Shown: positions 61,015 through 64,000 of the stretch, in pieces
Numbering within the stretch: position 1 is the first letter of the stretch
Layout: every line of letters begins with the position of its first letter
Source: Promethearchaeota archaeon
Lineage (GTDB): Archaea; Asgardarchaeota; Heimdallarchaeia; Hodarchaeales; Hodarchaeaceae
Reading direction: 5' to 3'
Assembly: GCA_048938105.1 (NCBI GenBank)
Contig: JBHLMN010000002.1
Location: 128,001-192,000, forward strand
DNA length: 64,000 bases
The notes under the pieces: model-generated
The model's database searches: none
What the model was told of the DNA's origin: nothing
The model's input: the letters and a program-made list of their open reading frames with translations, nothing else
Position numbers and translations under genes: made by a program

Positions 61015-61961
61015 TCAGGTTGTTTCAGTTTGATATTGAGCTACCCATGTAGGGATAGTTAAGGAGGAGTGTGTTAACTGATAGTAGGCATCACCAACCA
61101 GAAGGATGGCATTTGCAAGGAGTATCTTCCTTTGATTTAGGGCCAATGAGGGGATTTTTGGTAGAACTTGACGAAGTATTTTTTGAAATATAAACTTCTT
61201 CATAGGGAGTTTAATCTTTTTCCTTAAAGCTAAGGTCTGAATAGCAGTATAATGAAAAACTCCTTTGATCAGTCCACAGAATTCCTTTTCCGTCTGGACT
61301 TGGGGGATGAGATTCAGGAGGGTATCATGCAATCCTTCGCCTAATTCTTGCTGAAACTGGTTTATTGGTAGTCTTCTTTGCTTTTGGGACTTCTGTAAAT
61401 CACAAAACAGTTTTGTACACTGCCAAACAGTTTTGTAGGCAAATTTTTTGTCATATTGGTCTTTTTCAAAGTATGTTTGGATCCGATTACGTCATAAAGC
61501 CATTTATCTAGAAGCTAAGTGTAGCCATCTCAAACGTTTCTATGCTTATCCCATCTGGATTCTTTTTGAATCCTATTGGCCCATTGGGGAGTTGTTATAT
61601 CAAACATTAAAGCGGTTAATGCCCTCTGTTGACCAAATCATTACTAGTTCAGATGATCTACTCGAATATCTACGAGAGTATCTTAGTAAAAACAAGATTT
61701 CAAAGGATGGAAGATTTGGTTCTTCCCTTCCTCTCTCCTCACATCATACTCTACAACCCACTTTCGGGAATTTTAGACAAAAGACTCCTCATAACTTTTC
61801 AACACAAAATTATGGTTCTTATATTATGCCTGAAAGTAATTATGATAGACAACAAACCTCACATCTACGAAATTCCTCTTTCACCAATTCCAGGAGTGTA
61901 TGTAATACTTATTCACATAAGCTGAAAAAAATTTCATCGAGAGATCTGGAGTATTTGAAAT
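61015..61961. pseudogene. Degraded/uncertain coding region
   Basis: Overlapping ORF fragments on both strands interrupted by in-frame TGA codons (61492-61494 minus; 61923-61925 and 61956-61958 plus). Confidence 0.35.
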
Positions 61962-62696
61962 ATGACCGACGAGTTAGATTTTTTCTCCAACTTCTATGAG
62001 TGTTCGTTCCAGCTGGTACCAATTTCTAAAGGAACAGATTTACTTGAGGATATTTTTGAGCAAATTGAGGTACAGGTAAAAACTATCAATCAATTACTAC
62101 ATTGGAAGCGTAAACACCTATTATTTCCTAAACCAACATTAAGTACTGATCAAATCTTTGTTTTCTGGGTACATCCCTCTATAGTAGACAAAGCCTTACG
62201 ATTAACAAGAGTAAGAGGAGGATTCAAAATATGTCAAATTGATCGTAAAAGACCTGATTCCTCCACTTACAAGGGTAAAAAACAAAACTCACGACCCCGT
62301 CGGATTTTATTGGACGTTGGTTGTGATGATCCTTTATTTGTCCAGAAATTAATTCATATGGGGTTAGAAGTGGAATTAGTCTGGCGTCATGCTGCGAATC
62401 TTATGAACTATGAAATTATTGAAATTTGTACAGCACAATACATTGATTTGTTTGTGACACGCAACGAACAAATACTGACTCCTACAGAAGAATGGCTCAC
62501 TTATCTTATGCCTCATAGAATAAGGTTATTCTTCCCACCTTCGAAGTTATTGAAGACTCCAGAGGTTTTAGCTCAGGCTATTTATGACCGAGCTCATGCA
62601 AAACGGAAGCGAAAACGACCAAAACCCCACCAGTTACAACTCGTATATTTTAACAACTTAGAACAGAAATCCTCGGAGAATATTCAATCAAAGTGA
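61962..62696 (+). CDS. Protein with C-terminal PIN-like (DUF5615/Mut7-C-type) domain
   Basis: RILLDVG....L..MGLEV......YEIIE.C....DLFVTRN pattern. Confidence 0.55.
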   Translation: MTDELDFFSNFYECSFQLVPISKGTDLLEDIFEQIEVQVKTINQLLHWKRKHLLFPKPTLSTDQIFVFWVHPSIVDKALRLTRVRGGFKICQIDRKRPDSSTYKGKKQNSRPRRILLDVGCDDPLFVQKLIHMGLEVELVWRHAANLMNYEIIEICTAQYIDLFVTRNEQILTPTEEWLTYLMPHRIRLFFPPSKLLKTPEVLAQAIYDRAHAKRKRKRPKPHQLQLVYFNNLEQKSSENIQSK

Positions 62697-62700
62697 AGTT

Positions 62701-63916
62701 TTGCAGTTGATGGTCACTCGTACAGAACAGATCTGGGTAAAACCGAATAGAAACTTCTCTTGGCTTTGTCATTTATCAAAGAACCTCTACAATGAAGGAA
62801 ATTACCTGATCCGTCAGGAATTTTTCAATAATGATAAATGGATTCGGTATAATTCCTTGTATCACCTGCTTAAAACTTCTGATAATTATCACCAACTTCC
62901 AGCTCAAACAGCGCAACAAGTACTGAAAATTCTTGATAGGAGCTGGAAATCCTTTTTCATAACCATCAAAGCGTGGAAGAATGACAATTCAAAATTTAAC
63001 GGAAGACCAAAACCTCCTGGATACAAATCGAAGAATGGAGAGTTTATACTGGTTTTTACGAACCAACAGGTGAAAATAAAGGATTACATCCTTCTTTTCC
63101 CAAAAAAAGTGAGTTTTCGACTAAAAACCAGACTTTACGACAAAGCAGACATCAGAGAGGTACGAATTATCCCAAAAGGGTTGGGGTATATGGTAGAAAT
63201 TGTCTATAAGAAAGAAGTTCATCCTAAACCCTTGAGTAAGGATAATATCATTACAATTGATTTAGGGGTGCGCAACATCATAACTACTGTCAATAATAAT
63301 GGCTTAAAACCATTTATTATCAAAGGTGGGGTTGTTAAATCCATTAATCAATATTATAACAAAAAACGAGCCCGAATTCAATCAACCTATGACCGTCAAG
63401 GAATAAAAACAGGGAAAGTCATACAAAAATTAACTATTAAACGCAATAAGAAAATAAACAACCATTTTCATAAGATCAGTAAGAAAATAATTGAGTACTG
63501 TGTACTACATGACATCGGAACAATGGTGATTGGATACAATCCCGATTGGAAACAAAACTGCCACCTAGGTAAAAAAAAATACCCAGAATTTTGTCACCAT
63601 TCCTTACTACAAGCTAATTCAACAACTAAACTATAAAGCCACAGAACATGGAATAACGGTCATTAAACAAGAAGAAAGGTATTCGAGTAAATGTTCTTTC
63701 TTGGATAACGAGTCCATCGAACATCATAACCAATATCTAGGCCGAAGAATAACTAGAGGGTTATTCAAATCTCAACAAGACATTATCATTAATGCGGACG
63801 TGAATGGGGCGTATAACATTCTGAAAAAAGCATTCCTGAACGCTGTTAATGCTGACAGGATAGAGGCTGTTGGGTTACATCCTACACGATGGAGGTTAGC
63901 TGCGGCAACGGGCTAG
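62701..63916 (+). mobile_element. tnpB: IS200/IS605-family tnpB (no tnpA seen), frameshifted at an A9 run
   Basis: LYNEGNY, IDLGVRN, GYN.DWKQ; the +1 frame continues NFVTIPY..QEERYSSKCSFLD..RGLF..NADVNGAYNI; A9 at 63571-63579. Confidence 0.9.
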
Positions 63917-63975
63917 TTGATGACCTCGTGTGAATAAAATTGAATAATATATTTTCATCAATTTTGATAACTTGA
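63850..63975 (+). ncRNA. Candidate omegaRNA/right-end scaffold of the tnpB element
   Basis: Hairpin GAGGTTAGCTGCG-GCAA-CGGGCTA...TGACCTC (63892-63927) with a GNRA loop, overlapping the tnpB 3' end where omegaRNAs normally lie; boundaries approximate. Confidence 0.4.
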
Positions 63976-64000
63976 TTTGTTTGAATTAATATGTTTAAAT

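Noticed and set aside
1-64000. CRISPR array, rRNA, integrase or provirus
   Set aside because: No regularly spaced repeats, rRNA-like sequence, recombinase or viral hallmark genes were seen

Overview
AT-rich archaeal chromosomal window with strong Asgard (Heimdallarchaeia/Hodarchaeales-like) character. The assignment is inferred from a gelsolin-domain protein, three Rab-like GTPases, a tandem V4R/TRAPP-like protein, two archaeal histones and a BHB-intron tRNA. Most of the window is gene-dense housekeeping and metabolic DNA: dcd, adk, gpmA, ggt, pncA/pncB, cmk, glycosyltransferases, peptidases and a MoxR/DUF58/DUF4129 operon. A degraded region with a frameshifted tnpB occupies the right end. 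The most notable observations are: (1) two membrane-anchored subtilases with the architecture of eukaryotic site-1 protease (SKI-1/MBTPS1), one in an apparent operon with a Rab-like GTPase; (2) a conserved GTGAG-N12-CTCAC element at the predicted transcript start of both tandem histone genes; (3) a divergent ArsR-like regulator/bactofilin pair in which both proteins carry a SHOCT-like helical motif; (4) a dual-specificity pseudophosphatase with both catalytic residues substituted; (5) a membrane-bound HEPN (RxxxxH) protein; (6) a divergent RtcB-like ligase; (7) a TFS paralogue without the canonical acidic tip; (8) a D-loop tRNA-Cys intron; and (9) a probable CTG start codon. All family calls come from motif recognition by eye; no database searches were run.
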